DNA of 64,000 bases from Fidelibacterota bacterium (GTDB lineage: Bacteria > Fidelibacterota > Marinisomatia > Marinisomatales > TCS56): the NCBI GenBank assembly GCA_043822705.1, contig JBDRBK010000082.1, positions 1 through 64,000 on the forward strand, written 5' to 3'. Positions 27,456-38,426 of this stretch are shown one piece after another. The translations under genes were made by a program, and so were the position numbers. The notes under the pieces were generated by a model. The model had not been told where the DNA came from and did no database searches. It was given only the letters and a program-made list of their open reading frames with translations. Position 1 is the stretch's first letter. Each line of letters begins with the position of its first letter.

Positions 27456-30400
27456 ATGCACAATTTAGGTCAATCCCTGCAACAAAAATATTTTGGGAAA
27501 TCAATTATCCTGATCCTGGCGATTTTAATACCCTGGTCGGCTTATGCCACTACCTCGGGAAAAATTACCGGGCGGGTGATCGATGAAAACACCGGTGATC
27601 CGCTGATCGGAGCCAATGTGATCCTGGAAGGTACGACAATCGGAGCGGCCACCGACATTAATGGTTATTTTGTGATTCTGAATGTCGGACCTGGTGAATA
27701 CACTCTAAAAGCATTAATGATCGGATATGGGTCGGTTCGTTTCACTAATGTCATCGTGAATGTGGATTTAACGACTACCGTCGATTTTGCTTTGAAAATG
27801 GAGTCAATTAAAGGTGAAGAAGTCATTGTCGTATCTAACCGTAAAGTGGTTAAAGGAGATGTTGCCTCCAGTCAGATCAATATCTCCTATGATCGGATTC
27901 AGGATTTACCGGTTACTACTCTTGAAGGCGTTATCGGACTACAGGCTGGAATTGAGGGGATGAGTGTGCGCTCCGGTAGTGAAGATGAGTTGGCCGTGAA
28001 ACTGGATGGCGCCTCGCTGAAGGATGACCGGACCGGAAAACCAATTATGGGTATACCGTTAAACTCAGTTCAGGAGATAATGATTCAATCCGGCGGTTTC
28101 AATGCCGAATACAGTGACCTCCAAGCTGGTGTAATTAATGTAATCACTAAAGATGGATCAATTGAGGGGTATACCTTTAACATCGATTATAAATACAGCC
28201 CACCGGCTCAAAAATATCATGGGGAGTCCATATTTAGTCCAAATTCTTATTTTCTGAAACCGTACATGGATGATGATGTCTGCTGGACCGGGACTGAGAA
28301 TGGATCTTGGGATGAATACACTCAGGAACAGTATCCATCCTTCGATGGTTGGAATGCGGTTTCCGAACAATTATGCACTGATAATGACCCTGATAATAAT
28401 CTGACGCCGGAAGCTGCCCAGCGCCTGTTCATGTGGCAGCATCGCCTGGCCGGGGATATTGAAAAACCGGATATCAACATTGATGCTGGTTTTGGCGGTC
28501 CGGTGCCAATTGTAAGCAAAGCTTTTGGTAACCTACGTTTTTACACCTCCTATCGACAGGAGCAGGATATGTATCTGATTCCCCTTTCGCGGGATGCGTA
28601 TAGTGAGTGGGCTTGGTCAACAAAAATCACTTCTGACATTTCGTCAAAAATAAAACTGCAAATTTCCAGCTTTATCAAGGAAATATCAGCTACCTCCTCC
28701 AGTAGTGCTGGAACACCAACTTACTTTGAATCTTTGTGGGACGTGGCTGACATATTTGCAGGTTCATCTCAGAATAACGCCAAAATCTGGTACCCGGAAT
28801 ATTACTGTCTTACTGATGTAAGTAATCGGATGTATTCTGCTAAACTGACCAATATGCTGAGTAATAAATCCTATTACGAAGGACTGATCGAATATTCCTA
28901 CACCGGCTGGAATACCTATCCGGGGGACACACTTGACCCGACCTTGAAATACGATATATTCCCAGGCGTGGATGATTACTATGTAGATGAATCGCCCTTT
29001 GGTTTCAATGCGGCGCTGGTGGAAGGTATCGGTGGCGGCACATTTTTAATTGGTGGCAAAACAACCTCACGCGATAATACCGAAACTTCCCGGCTGAAGT
29101 TCCGCTTTGATTTCACTACCCAGGCTAATCAGAATAATCAGATTAAATCCGGTGCCGAGCTGGAATTTTATTCCTATCACATGGATTATGGTTCAGTCAT
29201 CGATTGGTCGCCTACTACTTCTACCTGGACAGAATGGAAACAGGACCCATACCAGTTCAATGCATATGTCCAGGATAAAATGGAATTCAAGGGCTGGGTT
29301 GCTACCGCCGGTCTGCGGATGGAATATTTTGATCCCAATACTAAGTGGTATTTAGTCGATTACTATGATAAGGATTTGTTCAGCAGCAATTATGTTTCTG
29401 ATGAGACAAATGGTTTGGTACTGCAGAAAGTTGATGGTAACTTGACCTTCCTGCCACGAATCGGCATATCGCACCCCATTACTGAGAATTCCAAACTGTA
29501 TTTCAATTATGGTCATATGCGCCAGAAATTCCTGCCTGATTATTTGTTCGGGATTCGCCGGGGGTATGGTAATGCAATGAGTCGTTATGGGGATCCTTCC
29601 CTGCCGATGGAAAGAACCGTTGCCTACGAACTTGGTTACGACCAGGCTTTATTTGATCAATACTTATTACACATTGCCGCATATTATAAAGATAAGTCTG
29701 ATCAGGCTGGATCAGTACGCTATGTCAGTGCTGACAATGCCATCGATTACTATCAGTATGAGAACAACGTTTATCAGGATATCCGGGGATTGGAAATTGA
29801 ATTTCGAAAGCGTTCCGGTGATTTGTTGACCGGTTTTGTGAATTACACCTACTCTGTTTATACTTCCGGTACTTTTGGATTAAGCCTAATGCATCAGAAT
29901 CCATCCGAACAGCGATCCTATGTGGCCGATGTAGATAATCAGTCACAGTATAAACCATTGCCACGGCCGCGTGTGAATTTCAATCTTGCCTTTCACACAC
30001 CCCGCAAATGGGGGCCGGGCATAGTGGGCACAAAACCACTGGGTGGTTGGACGCTGGCCTTTTCCGGGTACTGGAAGGCAGGCAGTTACAGCAGTTATGG
30101 TGGAGTCAGTGGGATCACTAACAATGTACGTTGGGTCGATACCTATGGTGTGAATTTCAAGGGTTCAAAATCGGTGAATGTTAATAAAGTTCATCTGACT
30201 TTTATCTGTGATATTTACAATCTCTTCAATTTTAAATTCCTGTCAATGGCTGCTTTAGGCGATCAATACCTTAGTCCCGGTGATTACACGAAATATGTTG
30301 AATCGCTACAGTTTCCAAAGAAGGTTTATGATGAACTAGGTCAACCCCACATTGCAGGCGAGGACCGCTTGGGAGCGTACCGGCCGACTGATGTTGAGTA

Positions 30401-30644
30401 TCAGGAATTGTTGTATGTATATAATCGTGATGCAGTAACTGATCCGGAAACAATTTATTATGTGGGTGAAGTTGATAAATGGTTACAGTTGAATGCTGCC
30501 GGTAACGCTGAAGAGGTTTCCAAATCCAAGATAAACAAATTGCTTGATAATAAGGCATACATCGATAATCCTAATATTGAGTCACTCATGTTTCTTAATC
30601 CCCGGAATTTCTACTTCGGGCTTAAATTGTCCTATGACCTGTAA
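27456..30644 (+). CDS. TonB-dependent receptor (cassette 2)
   Basis: SD GGAGG; TSGKITGRVID..TG.PLIGANV; SGGFNAEY; PRIGISHPIT..SKLYFNYGH; TVAYELG; C-terminal LSYDL. Confidence 0.9.
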   Translation: MHNLGQSLQQKYFGKSIILILAILIPWSAYATTSGKITGRVIDENTGDPLIGANVILEGTTIGAATDINGYFVILNVGPGEYTLKALMIGYGSVRFTNVIVNVDLTTTVDFALKMESIKGEEVIVVSNRKVVKGDVASSQINISYDRIQDLPVTTLEGVIGLQAGIEGMSVRSGSEDELAVKLDGASLKDDRTGKPIMGIPLNSVQEIMIQSGGFNAEYSDLQAGVINVITKDGSIEGYTFNIDYKYSPPAQKYHGESIFSPNSYFLKPYMDDDVCWTGTENGSWDEYTQEQYPSFDGWNAVSEQLCTDNDPDNNLTPEAAQRLFMWQHRLAGDIEKPDINIDAGFGGPVPIVSKAFGNLRFYTSYRQEQDMYLIPLSRDAYSEWAWSTKITSDISSKIKLQISSFIKEISATSSSSAGTPTYFESLWDVADIFAGSSQNNAKIWYPEYYCLTDVSNRMYSAKLTNMLSNKSYYEGLIEYSYTGWNTYPGDTLDPTLKYDIFPGVDDYYVDESPFGFNAALVEGIGGGTFLIGGKTTSRDNTETSRLKFRFDFTTQANQNNQIKSGAELEFYSYHMDYGSVIDWSPTTSTWTEWKQDPYQFNAYVQDKMEFKGWVATAGLRMEYFDPNTKWYLVDYYDKDLFSSNYVSDETNGLVLQKVDGNLTFLPRIGISHPITENSKLYFNYGHMRQKFLPDYLFGIRRGYGNAMSRYGDPSLPMERTVAYELGYDQALFDQYLLHIAAYYKDKSDQAGSVRYVSADNAIDYYQYENNVYQDIRGLEIEFRKRSGDLLTGFVNYTYSVYTSGTFGLSLMHQNPSEQRSYVADVDNQSQYKPLPRPRVNFNLAFHTPRKWGPGIVGTKPLGGWTLAFSGYWKAGSYSSYGGVSGITNNVRWVDTYGVNFKGSKSVNVNKVHLTFICDIYNLFNFKFLSMAALGDQYLSPGDYTKYVESLQFPKKVYDELGQPHIAGEDRLGAYRPTDVEYQELLYVYNRDAVTDPETIYYVGEVDKWLQLNAAGNAEEVSKSKINKLLDNKAYIDNPNIESLMFLNPRNFYFGLKLSYDL

Positions 30645-30682
30645 ACATGATAGCTGTAGTAAAAAAAGATAAAAGGATTCCA

Positions 30683-32824
30683 ATGAATATAATTATCATA
30701 AAAACAAACCGGCTCTTACACTCTATAGTACTAATTACATTGATGTCAGCCTTGCTATTGTCAGCTGGTTATGCGGCTGAAGGAAAATGGATCAAAGTTG
30801 GAAATCTCCATAATTTTTACCAGGCTCACGGCTGTGAACCTGAAGAAGATTTTGGCACTACCCAGCAGTTCGGAATGCGTTGGCCGGCTTTCTATGATTT
30901 GCAGGATATGCAAGCCGCCCGTGGTTTCTGGATCGGGGTAAAGGATTATTATGATCCCCAGGTTGACTATACTTTCCCATACAAAGTTGCCCATTGCGGA
31001 CCCCGACCACGGACATCGATTGAAGTCAACGAAATGATGCCGGTGGAATTTAAATTGGTCGCCCGTAATTCTCATCCGTATGTATATGTGGACGGGAATG
31101 AAGCCTCCGATATGCAATATGGCGATCTGGTGGATGAATATGACCAGGATTTACTTTCCGACCGGATGATATACAATTTTTTTCATACTTCGACAGGTAT
31201 CTCAGTAGAACGTAAAATCTACGCTTTCAGTGAACAGAACAATGACAATTACTTTATATATGATTACAAATTTATTAATACTGGTATCTGCCTGGCTGAT
31301 AGTTCTCTGACCCATAATGCCACGCTGGAAGGCGTATATTTCTACTGGCAATACCGGAATGCCGTCTGTTATGAGGGCACTGTTGAAGGTCCTAGCATTG
31401 ACTGGCTTGGTCATCGCGGTTGGGGTACTATTCGCGATACGCGCTGGGGTAAAAACACCATGAATGAAGTGCTGGGCGAAAAACCACTTTCGCCTGCTGC
31501 AAATGATGTCTATGATGATCAGGGGAACCTAATCCGCTGTTTTTATTCCTGGCATGGTCTGCATTCCGAATATTCTTATGATAATATTGGATCTCCTAAC
31601 TATCAGGGTTATCAACCAGACGGGCGTTTGGGTGCTTCCCAGTATACAGGTGTGGTAACACTTTACGCTGACAAGGCACCAAATAATCGTATTAACGACC
31701 AGAGCCAACCATCGACTACAATGTATATCGGTTCTGATGAACCGGAAACCCAGAATAATGATCAATTCAGCCAGAGCCGGATGGATACTGAATATAATAA
31801 ATACATAGCTGCCGGTCACCCGGCCAAGAGTCAGGCTGAAGAAGTTGGTACTGGCTACGCTAATCAGTATGGTACGGGTAGCTATTCACAGGGCATTGGA
31901 TTTGGCCCCTACACTTTCGCACCGGGCGATACAATCAGAATTGTACTGGCCGAAGGTGCCGCCGGTTTGAACCGGAAGATGAATACGGAAGTTGGCGGAA
32001 ACTGGTTTAAGAAAAAAGCTTTGGGTGAAAATGTTACCATGGAACTGCCGGATGGAACAATCACCACCGATGAAAATCTTTACAAAGACACTTGGGTTTA
32101 TACCGGTGTTGATTCAATTATTCAGACGTTCCGTCGTGCTCTTACGCTCTTTGACAATGATCTTATACTACCACAACCGCCAGAACCGCCTATGGAGTTT
32201 AATGTGACGTCTCAGGGTAGCCGCATTTATCTGACTTGGGCGGCATCAATTAACGAAAATGATAGTTTTTTTGAGGGTTATAAAATATTCCGTGCCAAAG
32301 GGGCATTGGATTCAGCCTATTATGAAATTTTTAACTGCAATAAAATAGCTGGGAACCTAACGCATGAATATTCCGATTTGTCCGCTGAACGCGGTCAGAA
32401 ATATTTTTATTACATCGTATCGTATGATGATGGTACCAGGAATTCGATTAATCCAGGGCAACCACTTTGCAGCAGCCTGTTCTATACACGAACAAATGAA
32501 GGTGCCACTTTAAAAAAACCACCGGCACCCGATATAGGCGGAATCAGGATCGTTCCCAACCCATTCAATATCCGTAATCCAAACTTGCAGTACATCGGTG
32601 AGCAGTACAAAATCATGTTTTTGAATCTGCCGGTAGCATGTGAAATCAAAATATTCACGGAACGTGGTGATCTAATTAAGACAATCCAGCATGAAGGCAG
32701 TGGTGATAATTACTGGGACCTGTTGACTGACTCACGTCAGATTGTAGTCAGCGGTGTTTATATCGCTACCTTTGAAGAACCGAACGGTAGTTCAACTTAC
32801 CGCAAATTCGTAATAATCAGGTAA
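30683..32824 (+). CDS. Secreted surface protein with IVPNPF-type C-terminal domain (cassette 2)
   Basis: Signal peptide; WI.VG.L; NYFIYDY.F.NTG; GFGPY; PQPPEPP; FEGYKIFRA; IRIVPNPF..IMFLNLP..IKIFTERGDLIKTI..WD..VVSGVYI..RKFVIIR. Confidence 0.78.
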   Translation: MNIIIIKTNRLLHSIVLITLMSALLLSAGYAAEGKWIKVGNLHNFYQAHGCEPEEDFGTTQQFGMRWPAFYDLQDMQAARGFWIGVKDYYDPQVDYTFPYKVAHCGPRPRTSIEVNEMMPVEFKLVARNSHPYVYVDGNEASDMQYGDLVDEYDQDLLSDRMIYNFFHTSTGISVERKIYAFSEQNNDNYFIYDYKFINTGICLADSSLTHNATLEGVYFYWQYRNAVCYEGTVEGPSIDWLGHRGWGTIRDTRWGKNTMNEVLGEKPLSPAANDVYDDQGNLIRCFYSWHGLHSEYSYDNIGSPNYQGYQPDGRLGASQYTGVVTLYADKAPNNRINDQSQPSTTMYIGSDEPETQNNDQFSQSRMDTEYNKYIAAGHPAKSQAEEVGTGYANQYGTGSYSQGIGFGPYTFAPGDTIRIVLAEGAAGLNRKMNTEVGGNWFKKKALGENVTMELPDGTITTDENLYKDTWVYTGVDSIIQTFRRALTLFDNDLILPQPPEPPMEFNVTSQGSRIYLTWAASINENDSFFEGYKIFRAKGALDSAYYEIFNCNKIAGNLTHEYSDLSAERGQKYFYYIVSYDDGTRNSINPGQPLCSSLFYTRTNEGATLKKPPAPDIGGIRIVPNPFNIRNPNLQYIGEQYKIMFLNLPVACEIKIFTERGDLIKTIQHEGSGDNYWDLLTDSRQIVVSGVYIATFEEPNGSSTYRKFVIIR

Positions 32825-32829
32825 TTGTT

Positions 32830-33999
32830 ATGATGCCAAGATATAAAATAATCAAAATTCATCCCAATGCTTACATAAAAACAGCAGTACTGACAATGAT
32901 CCTGGTGCTCTTGGGTGCATGCTCAATTTTTGAAACCGATGAAGAATATTCTATCTCTGATTTTGATGCCGGTGTATCTGATGGATTAATGGATAATATC
33001 TATACTGTTCTTATTGATACGGTCATTATGGCAGTAATAGAACCCAGTGATTCAGCTTGGACTGATCAGGGAATTGACAGTTTAATGGATATAATCAGTG
33101 ATCGCGATTCCATTATCGCTGCGGTGGTTGGAGCAAATGCTGTCTTGAAGCCTGGTGTCAATAAACAACGTTTGATAAGTTCCGCGAGCTATGCCAGCGG
33201 GTATGCGATTCTGAATTTGACTCAGGAATCAAAAACTGAGAATCTGGTGTTTTTCCTTAGCAACCATGTTACTATTACAATCTGGAATTATGATGGTAAA
33301 GTTATCAATTTGACCGATGATGTTTTCCCCAGTGGAATGATTGTCATTTCAGATTTGACAATGGCACGCTACGAATATGATTTAGATCCGATGACTTATT
33401 TAATTCGATTCACCAAGGCGGAGACTCTGCTTAATATTGCCGTTAAAGAATTTGAACTGGTTGTTCTAAGCGAAGGGGCCAAAGCCTCAACTACAGCTGA
33501 AAAAGTGTGTGATATGTTTCAAAGTAATAGTGCAGCGCAATTGGAATTGTTTTCATATGGTGCCCTCGATTCCAACTGGATTGGTTTTACCATCGATCAT
33601 TTAAATACCAGTGACAGTAGCCGGGAAGAGCTTGTTACAGTCCTGGAACAGAATGATGCTGTGCTTGATGCCAATGGGTTGGAAGAATTACAAGCAGTTT
33701 ACAAAGAAAAAATTGTTACTGAAATCTGTTTTATTCTTGATTTGCATAATTACAACGGTTTTAACGCCGGATTTTATTTAAATGATTATTTCAAAGTACG
33801 AGTGTTGTCAACCACAACTGGACTCGAGGTATTGCCAGTTAATCAAGGAATTGCGTTTGATGAGGTCGGAGCCTGCTCAACACTGCGGCAAAAAGTTCAA
33901 TTTACTCTGTCAAATCAAAAATATCTTATCGCGTTGATAAAATATGTGGGTGCCCCGGATAATTCCAAATTTAAAATGGTAATCCTGGATGAAGGTTAA
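32830..33999 (+). CDS. Hypothetical lipoprotein (apparent tandem of the 40638-type domain)
   Basis: Lipobox LGAC followed by DEEYSISDFD; two similar halves (DSAWTDQGID / DSNWIGFTID). Confidence 0.65.
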   Translation: MMPRYKIIKIHPNAYIKTAVLTMILVLLGACSIFETDEEYSISDFDAGVSDGLMDNIYTVLIDTVIMAVIEPSDSAWTDQGIDSLMDIISDRDSIIAAVVGANAVLKPGVNKQRLISSASYASGYAILNLTQESKTENLVFFLSNHVTITIWNYDGKVINLTDDVFPSGMIVISDLTMARYEYDLDPMTYLIRFTKAETLLNIAVKEFELVVLSEGAKASTTAEKVCDMFQSNSAAQLELFSYGALDSNWIGFTIDHLNTSDSSREELVTVLEQNDAVLDANGLEELQAVYKEKIVTEICFILDLHNYNGFNAGFYLNDYFKVRVLSTTTGLEVLPVNQGIAFDEVGACSTLRQKVQFTLSNQKYLIALIKYVGAPDNSKFKMVILDEG

Positions 34000-34049
34000 G
34001 ACCATGTCAGCAAATAAAAACTTACATCTCAACGTGACCACGAGGTAGA

Positions 34050-35057
34050 ATGATGGTAAATAAAGCTTTAATACGCGTATTAATATCCGGCGTGATTCTA
34101 TTTTCGTATTCCAGTGCCGGTGAATACCAAAAACTAGCTCAGACCGGTTTTCAATTTTTAAGTGTTATATCAGATGCACGTGCGGCCGGGATGGCCGGTG
34201 CCATGACCACTATTGAGATGGGTTCGAGTTCATTATTCTTTAATCCAGCAGGGCTAGCTCAATTAGCACATTCAATTGATGTGACTGCCAGTTCAAATAG
34301 ATGGCTAGCGGGAATTGATCATACCAATTTTAGTCTGGCCTTTAATCCGTTTAATAACCGCTATGGCGTTGTCGGCATAAGTGTTCAGGCAGTTGATTAT
34401 GGTGAAATCCAAGGTACCCAGGAATGGGGTAATGATAAGGGATATATCGATACCGAAATATTTAATCCTACGGCCTACGCTGCAGGGATTGGATATGCTA
34501 AAGCTTTATCGGATATGTTTTCCGTTGGTGGACAGTTGAAAATTACAGATCAGCATCTCGGTGATTTTGTGGTGGAAACCGAAAGATCTGACTCGTTGAA
34601 AATGAAACACTATGAAGAAAAAGCGATTGCTTTTGATTTTGGTACCATTTTCAAAACCGGTTTCAAGAGCATTATTTTTGGAATGGCGATCAGGAATTTT
34701 TCCAACGAAGTGAAATATGAAGAAAGTGGCTTCCAGTTGCCGCTGACTTTTAGTCTTGGTCTATCAGCGGACCTCTTTGATTTCTTACCCAGTCTGAAAT
34801 TCGGCAGCCATCTCTACTGCTCAATCGATGCAGTCCATGCTCGGTCCTATCCAGAATATTTTAATTTAGGGTTTGAATATCAACTGACTGATCTGCTGGC
34901 CTTCAGGTATGGTTATCTCCATAATCGGGATGAGCGCTCATACAGTTTTGGTTTTGGTGTAAATGTTTTTGGGGCAGTGTTCGATTATTCATACACACCA
35001 TTTCCGTCACCTATTTTCGATGATATTCAACGCTTCACAATTCGGTTTGCGTTATGA
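34050..35057 (+). CDS. PorV/PorQ-like outer-membrane beta-barrel (cassette 2)
   Basis: KLAQTGFQFLSV.SDARAAGMAGA..LFFNPAGL; FDYSYTPF. Confidence 0.85.
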   Translation: MMVNKALIRVLISGVILFSYSSAGEYQKLAQTGFQFLSVISDARAAGMAGAMTTIEMGSSSLFFNPAGLAQLAHSIDVTASSNRWLAGIDHTNFSLAFNPFNNRYGVVGISVQAVDYGEIQGTQEWGNDKGYIDTEIFNPTAYAAGIGYAKALSDMFSVGGQLKITDQHLGDFVVETERSDSLKMKHYEEKAIAFDFGTIFKTGFKSIIFGMAIRNFSNEVKYEESGFQLPLTFSLGLSADLFDFLPSLKFGSHLYCSIDAVHARSYPEYFNLGFEYQLTDLLAFRYGYLHNRDERSYSFGFGVNVFGAVFDYSYTPFPSPIFDDIQRFTIRFAL

Positions 35058-35106
35058 TTGTTCACACTTTTTGCATCATAACCAGCATGATTATCGGGAA
35101 GACAAG

Positions 35107-38100
35107 ATGAAAAGGATTAATTTAACAATTTGTACTATCATTTTAGCAGTCAGTATCGGATTTGCTGCTACTACAGGGAAGATAGCAGGTCATATTTCCG
35201 ATGCCAGTACTGGTGATGCTTTGCAGGGTGTAAATATTATTGTTGATAAAACACATCTGGGTGCTGCCAGCGATCTGGATGGTTATTTTGTAATCCTGAA
35301 TGTTACACCTGGTACTCTCATACTTAAAGTTTTTATGATGGGTTACGCCAATGTCACGGTTAATAATGTTGTCGTCGCAATCAATCAGACGACCAATATA
35401 GACGTACAAATGAACGCTGATGTATTAAATATGGCCGAAGTGACGGTTGTAGCCGAACGGCCGATAGTAGAGGAAGGCGTTTCTCATAGTAAACTGAATA
35501 TTTCTTCCGAGACGATTGAGACGATGCCGGTTACTAGTGTCAATGAAGTGATCGGTCTTCAAGCCGGTGTGGAGGATTTGAGCATTCGTGGCAGCAGTTC
35601 TTCAGAAACAGCGTATGTGGTGGATGGTTTCATCATGAATGATGAACGGTCTAATGTTCCCTATTCCTCAGTTGCACTTAGTTCCGTAAAAGAAATTACC
35701 GTTCAAACCGGTGGTTTCAATGGTGAATACGGAAACAGCCGTTCCGGTGTTATTAATATTATAACCGAGGAAGGGGATCCTAACCATTATTCCGGCACTT
35801 TTCATTTTAACTATCGTCCGCCTGGGGCAAAACACTTTGGTATTTCTCCCTATGACCCGGATTCATATTTTTTACGTCCCTATCTCGATGAGGCCGTCTG
35901 CTGGACCGGTACTTCCTCCGGTGAACCATATGAGGATTCAAATAGCAATGGTAAATGGGACACCGGTGAATCTTTCACTGATTATAATGGTGACGGTACC
36001 AGGTCCTACTGGGATGCTGCCACTAGGTCCGAGTATCCAACCTTTATGGGTTGGAATGCAATCTCCGAAGCGCTGATGGCAGATGACGATCCATCTAATG
36101 ATCTTTCACCGGAGGCTGCAAAAAAACTCTTTGAATGGCAACATCGTCGGCAGGGTGATATTACAAAACCTGATTATACACTTGATTTCAGTGTTGGTGG
36201 TCCAATTCCGGGGATTGGAAAAAATCTTGGAAATCTGAGATTCAATTTTTCATATCGTGATTATCAGAGCATGTTTGTCTATCCATTGTCAGTTGATGCT
36301 TACAAGGATAATATTGTTCGCTTGAAATTGACTTCAGATATTGGAGATATGAAACTGTCAATATTCGGGTCGTATGGTTTGACAGAGTCGGTTTCGCCCT
36401 ATAACTGGACACAAACGCCAACAGGAACCGTGCTGCAGTCGGTTTACTCGGTAGCCAATTTAATCAGTGGCGAAGCACTATTTGTCCCGAGTTATTACAG
36501 TCCTACTGAAATCTACCACACGGTATTTGGTTTAAAACTCACTCACATAGTGAGTAATAAAACCTTCTATGAACTGAGTATGCAGAATCAGATAAATCGC
36601 TATAACACTTACCAGACAGATGCGCGGGATTCAACATTATATACTCCAATACCAGGTTATGCTGATTATTTTGTCGACGAATCTCCGTATGGGTTTTATG
36701 ATGCCAGTGGCCTGACTTCAATCGGCGATGAGATGCGCATCGGTGGCTGGATGAACCTGGGGCGTGATAAAAGTATTAATCGCACCTATCGCATTAAATT
36801 TGACGTTACCAGCCAGGTCAATCCCGCAAACCAAATCCGAGCCGGATTTGAGACTGTAATCAATAATTATGATATCAAGTCATTTGCCGTCAACTCCGGT
36901 ATGAGCACTTGGAACAGGGAACAGATTTATGAAGTGTCGCCTTTCCGTCTGGGGGCGTATATCAATGACCAGTTGGAATTCAAGGGCCTGATCGCCAACC
37001 TCAGTCTACGGTTGGATTATTCGAATCCGAATACTAAATATTTCATATTAGATCCGTATGATAATTATTTTAAATCCGGACAAGGCAATCTGATTGAAGA
37101 AAATGCTCCTGCTGAAGATGCTGATCCAGAATTGACTCTGAGTCCACGGCTTGGTATTTCCCATCCTATCAGCGCAACTTCAAAATTATATTTTAATTAT
37201 GGTCATTATCGCTCGGAGGCTTCATCAAGCAGCCGTTTCAGCCTGCAGCGTGAATACAACGGCCAGATAACCGATGTCGGCAATCCCAATCTTCAACAAG
37301 AAAAAACAGTGGCCTATGAAATTGGATATTCACAAAGTCTATTTGACCAATACCTGATTAATCTGGCTGGGTATTACAAGAATGTCACAAATCAGGTTGG
37401 TTGGGTTGTTTATGAAAGCATTAATACTGCGGTTGATTATGTTGTAGCCGACAATAATCAATATGAAGATATTCGCGGGGCTGAAATTACTATTGAGAAA
37501 CGCAGCGGCGACTGGCTGACCGGATTTGTTAATTACACCTATATGATTAACACTTATGGTTATTTTGGATTGTTGGAAAATTATGAGAATCCAACCAAAA
37601 TGCGTGAATATCTCAAGGATAATGAATATCAGGAAAAGCCGGTTCCACGTCCCTATGCCCGCGCTGGCATTGATCTGCACTCACCAGATCGTTATGGACT
37701 GCGGTTGGGTGGTTTTTATCCTTTGGGTGGCATCACACTTAATATTCTTGCTTCATGGAAAACCGGCAGTTACAGCACGTATAATCCAAACAACCAGGCT
37801 GGTATTATCAATAATGTTCAATGGGTTGATTCATACAGTATCAAATTGCGACTCACAAAAAATATCCAGTTAAAAAATGCCGATATGCAGTTCTATGTTG
37901 ATGTATCCAACGCCCTGGATACCAAATTCCTGAGTTATACCGGGTTTGCCAGTAGCCAGGATTATGATGATTATCTTGCCTCACTGCATTTTGAATGGGA
38001 AGATGGAATCCAAAAGGGGAAGGATCGGCTGGGTACTTATCGTGATTTTAATGTGGATTATGTGCCAATGCGGGAAATATCATATAACCCACTCGACCCG

Positions 38101-38403
38101 ATGATTCAAGCCGATGACCTTAAGACTGGTGAAAGCGGAGCTGTCTATAAGTTCGAAGGTTATCCGATTACCGGTTACCAATTAGATGAAGATGATAACA
38201 TAATCGGATATACTTACGATTACACTCAAACAGCCACTCAATACATTGGTTATGACTATTCGGAAGACGGTTGGCACCCGATTAATAAATCAGCCTTCAA
38301 TAAATTATTGGAAAATAAAGCCTATATCGATATGCCAAATATTCAATCAATGACTTTCCATAGTCCCCGCGAAATTAAAATTGGCATTCAAATCTCATTC
38401 TAA
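35107..38403 (+). CDS. TonB-dependent receptor (cassette 3)
   Basis: TTGKIAG; SIRGS; TGGFNGEYGN.RSGVINI; SPRLGISHPI; GNPNL.QEKTVAYEIG; C-terminal IQISF. Confidence 0.9.
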   Translation: MKRINLTICTIILAVSIGFAATTGKIAGHISDASTGDALQGVNIIVDKTHLGAASDLDGYFVILNVTPGTLILKVFMMGYANVTVNNVVVAINQTTNIDVQMNADVLNMAEVTVVAERPIVEEGVSHSKLNISSETIETMPVTSVNEVIGLQAGVEDLSIRGSSSSETAYVVDGFIMNDERSNVPYSSVALSSVKEITVQTGGFNGEYGNSRSGVINIITEEGDPNHYSGTFHFNYRPPGAKHFGISPYDPDSYFLRPYLDEAVCWTGTSSGEPYEDSNSNGKWDTGESFTDYNGDGTRSYWDAATRSEYPTFMGWNAISEALMADDDPSNDLSPEAAKKLFEWQHRRQGDITKPDYTLDFSVGGPIPGIGKNLGNLRFNFSYRDYQSMFVYPLSVDAYKDNIVRLKLTSDIGDMKLSIFGSYGLTESVSPYNWTQTPTGTVLQSVYSVANLISGEALFVPSYYSPTEIYHTVFGLKLTHIVSNKTFYELSMQNQINRYNTYQTDARDSTLYTPIPGYADYFVDESPYGFYDASGLTSIGDEMRIGGWMNLGRDKSINRTYRIKFDVTSQVNPANQIRAGFETVINNYDIKSFAVNSGMSTWNREQIYEVSPFRLGAYINDQLEFKGLIANLSLRLDYSNPNTKYFILDPYDNYFKSGQGNLIEENAPAEDADPELTLSPRLGISHPISATSKLYFNYGHYRSEASSSSRFSLQREYNGQITDVGNPNLQQEKTVAYEIGYSQSLFDQYLINLAGYYKNVTNQVGWVVYESINTAVDYVVADNNQYEDIRGAEITIEKRSGDWLTGFVNYTYMINTYGYFGLLENYENPTKMREYLKDNEYQEKPVPRPYARAGIDLHSPDRYGLRLGGFYPLGGITLNILASWKTGSYSTYNPNNQAGIINNVQWVDSYSIKLRLTKNIQLKNADMQFYVDVSNALDTKFLSYTGFASSQDYDDYLASLHFEWEDGIQKGKDRLGTYRDFNVDYVPMREISYNPLDPMIQADDLKTGESGAVYKFEGYPITGYQLDEDDNIIGYTYDYTQTATQYIGYDYSEDGWHPINKSAFNKLLENKAYIDMPNIQSMTFHSPREIKIGIQISF

Positions 38404-38426
38404 CCAGAGAATGATTGGGATCTAAA

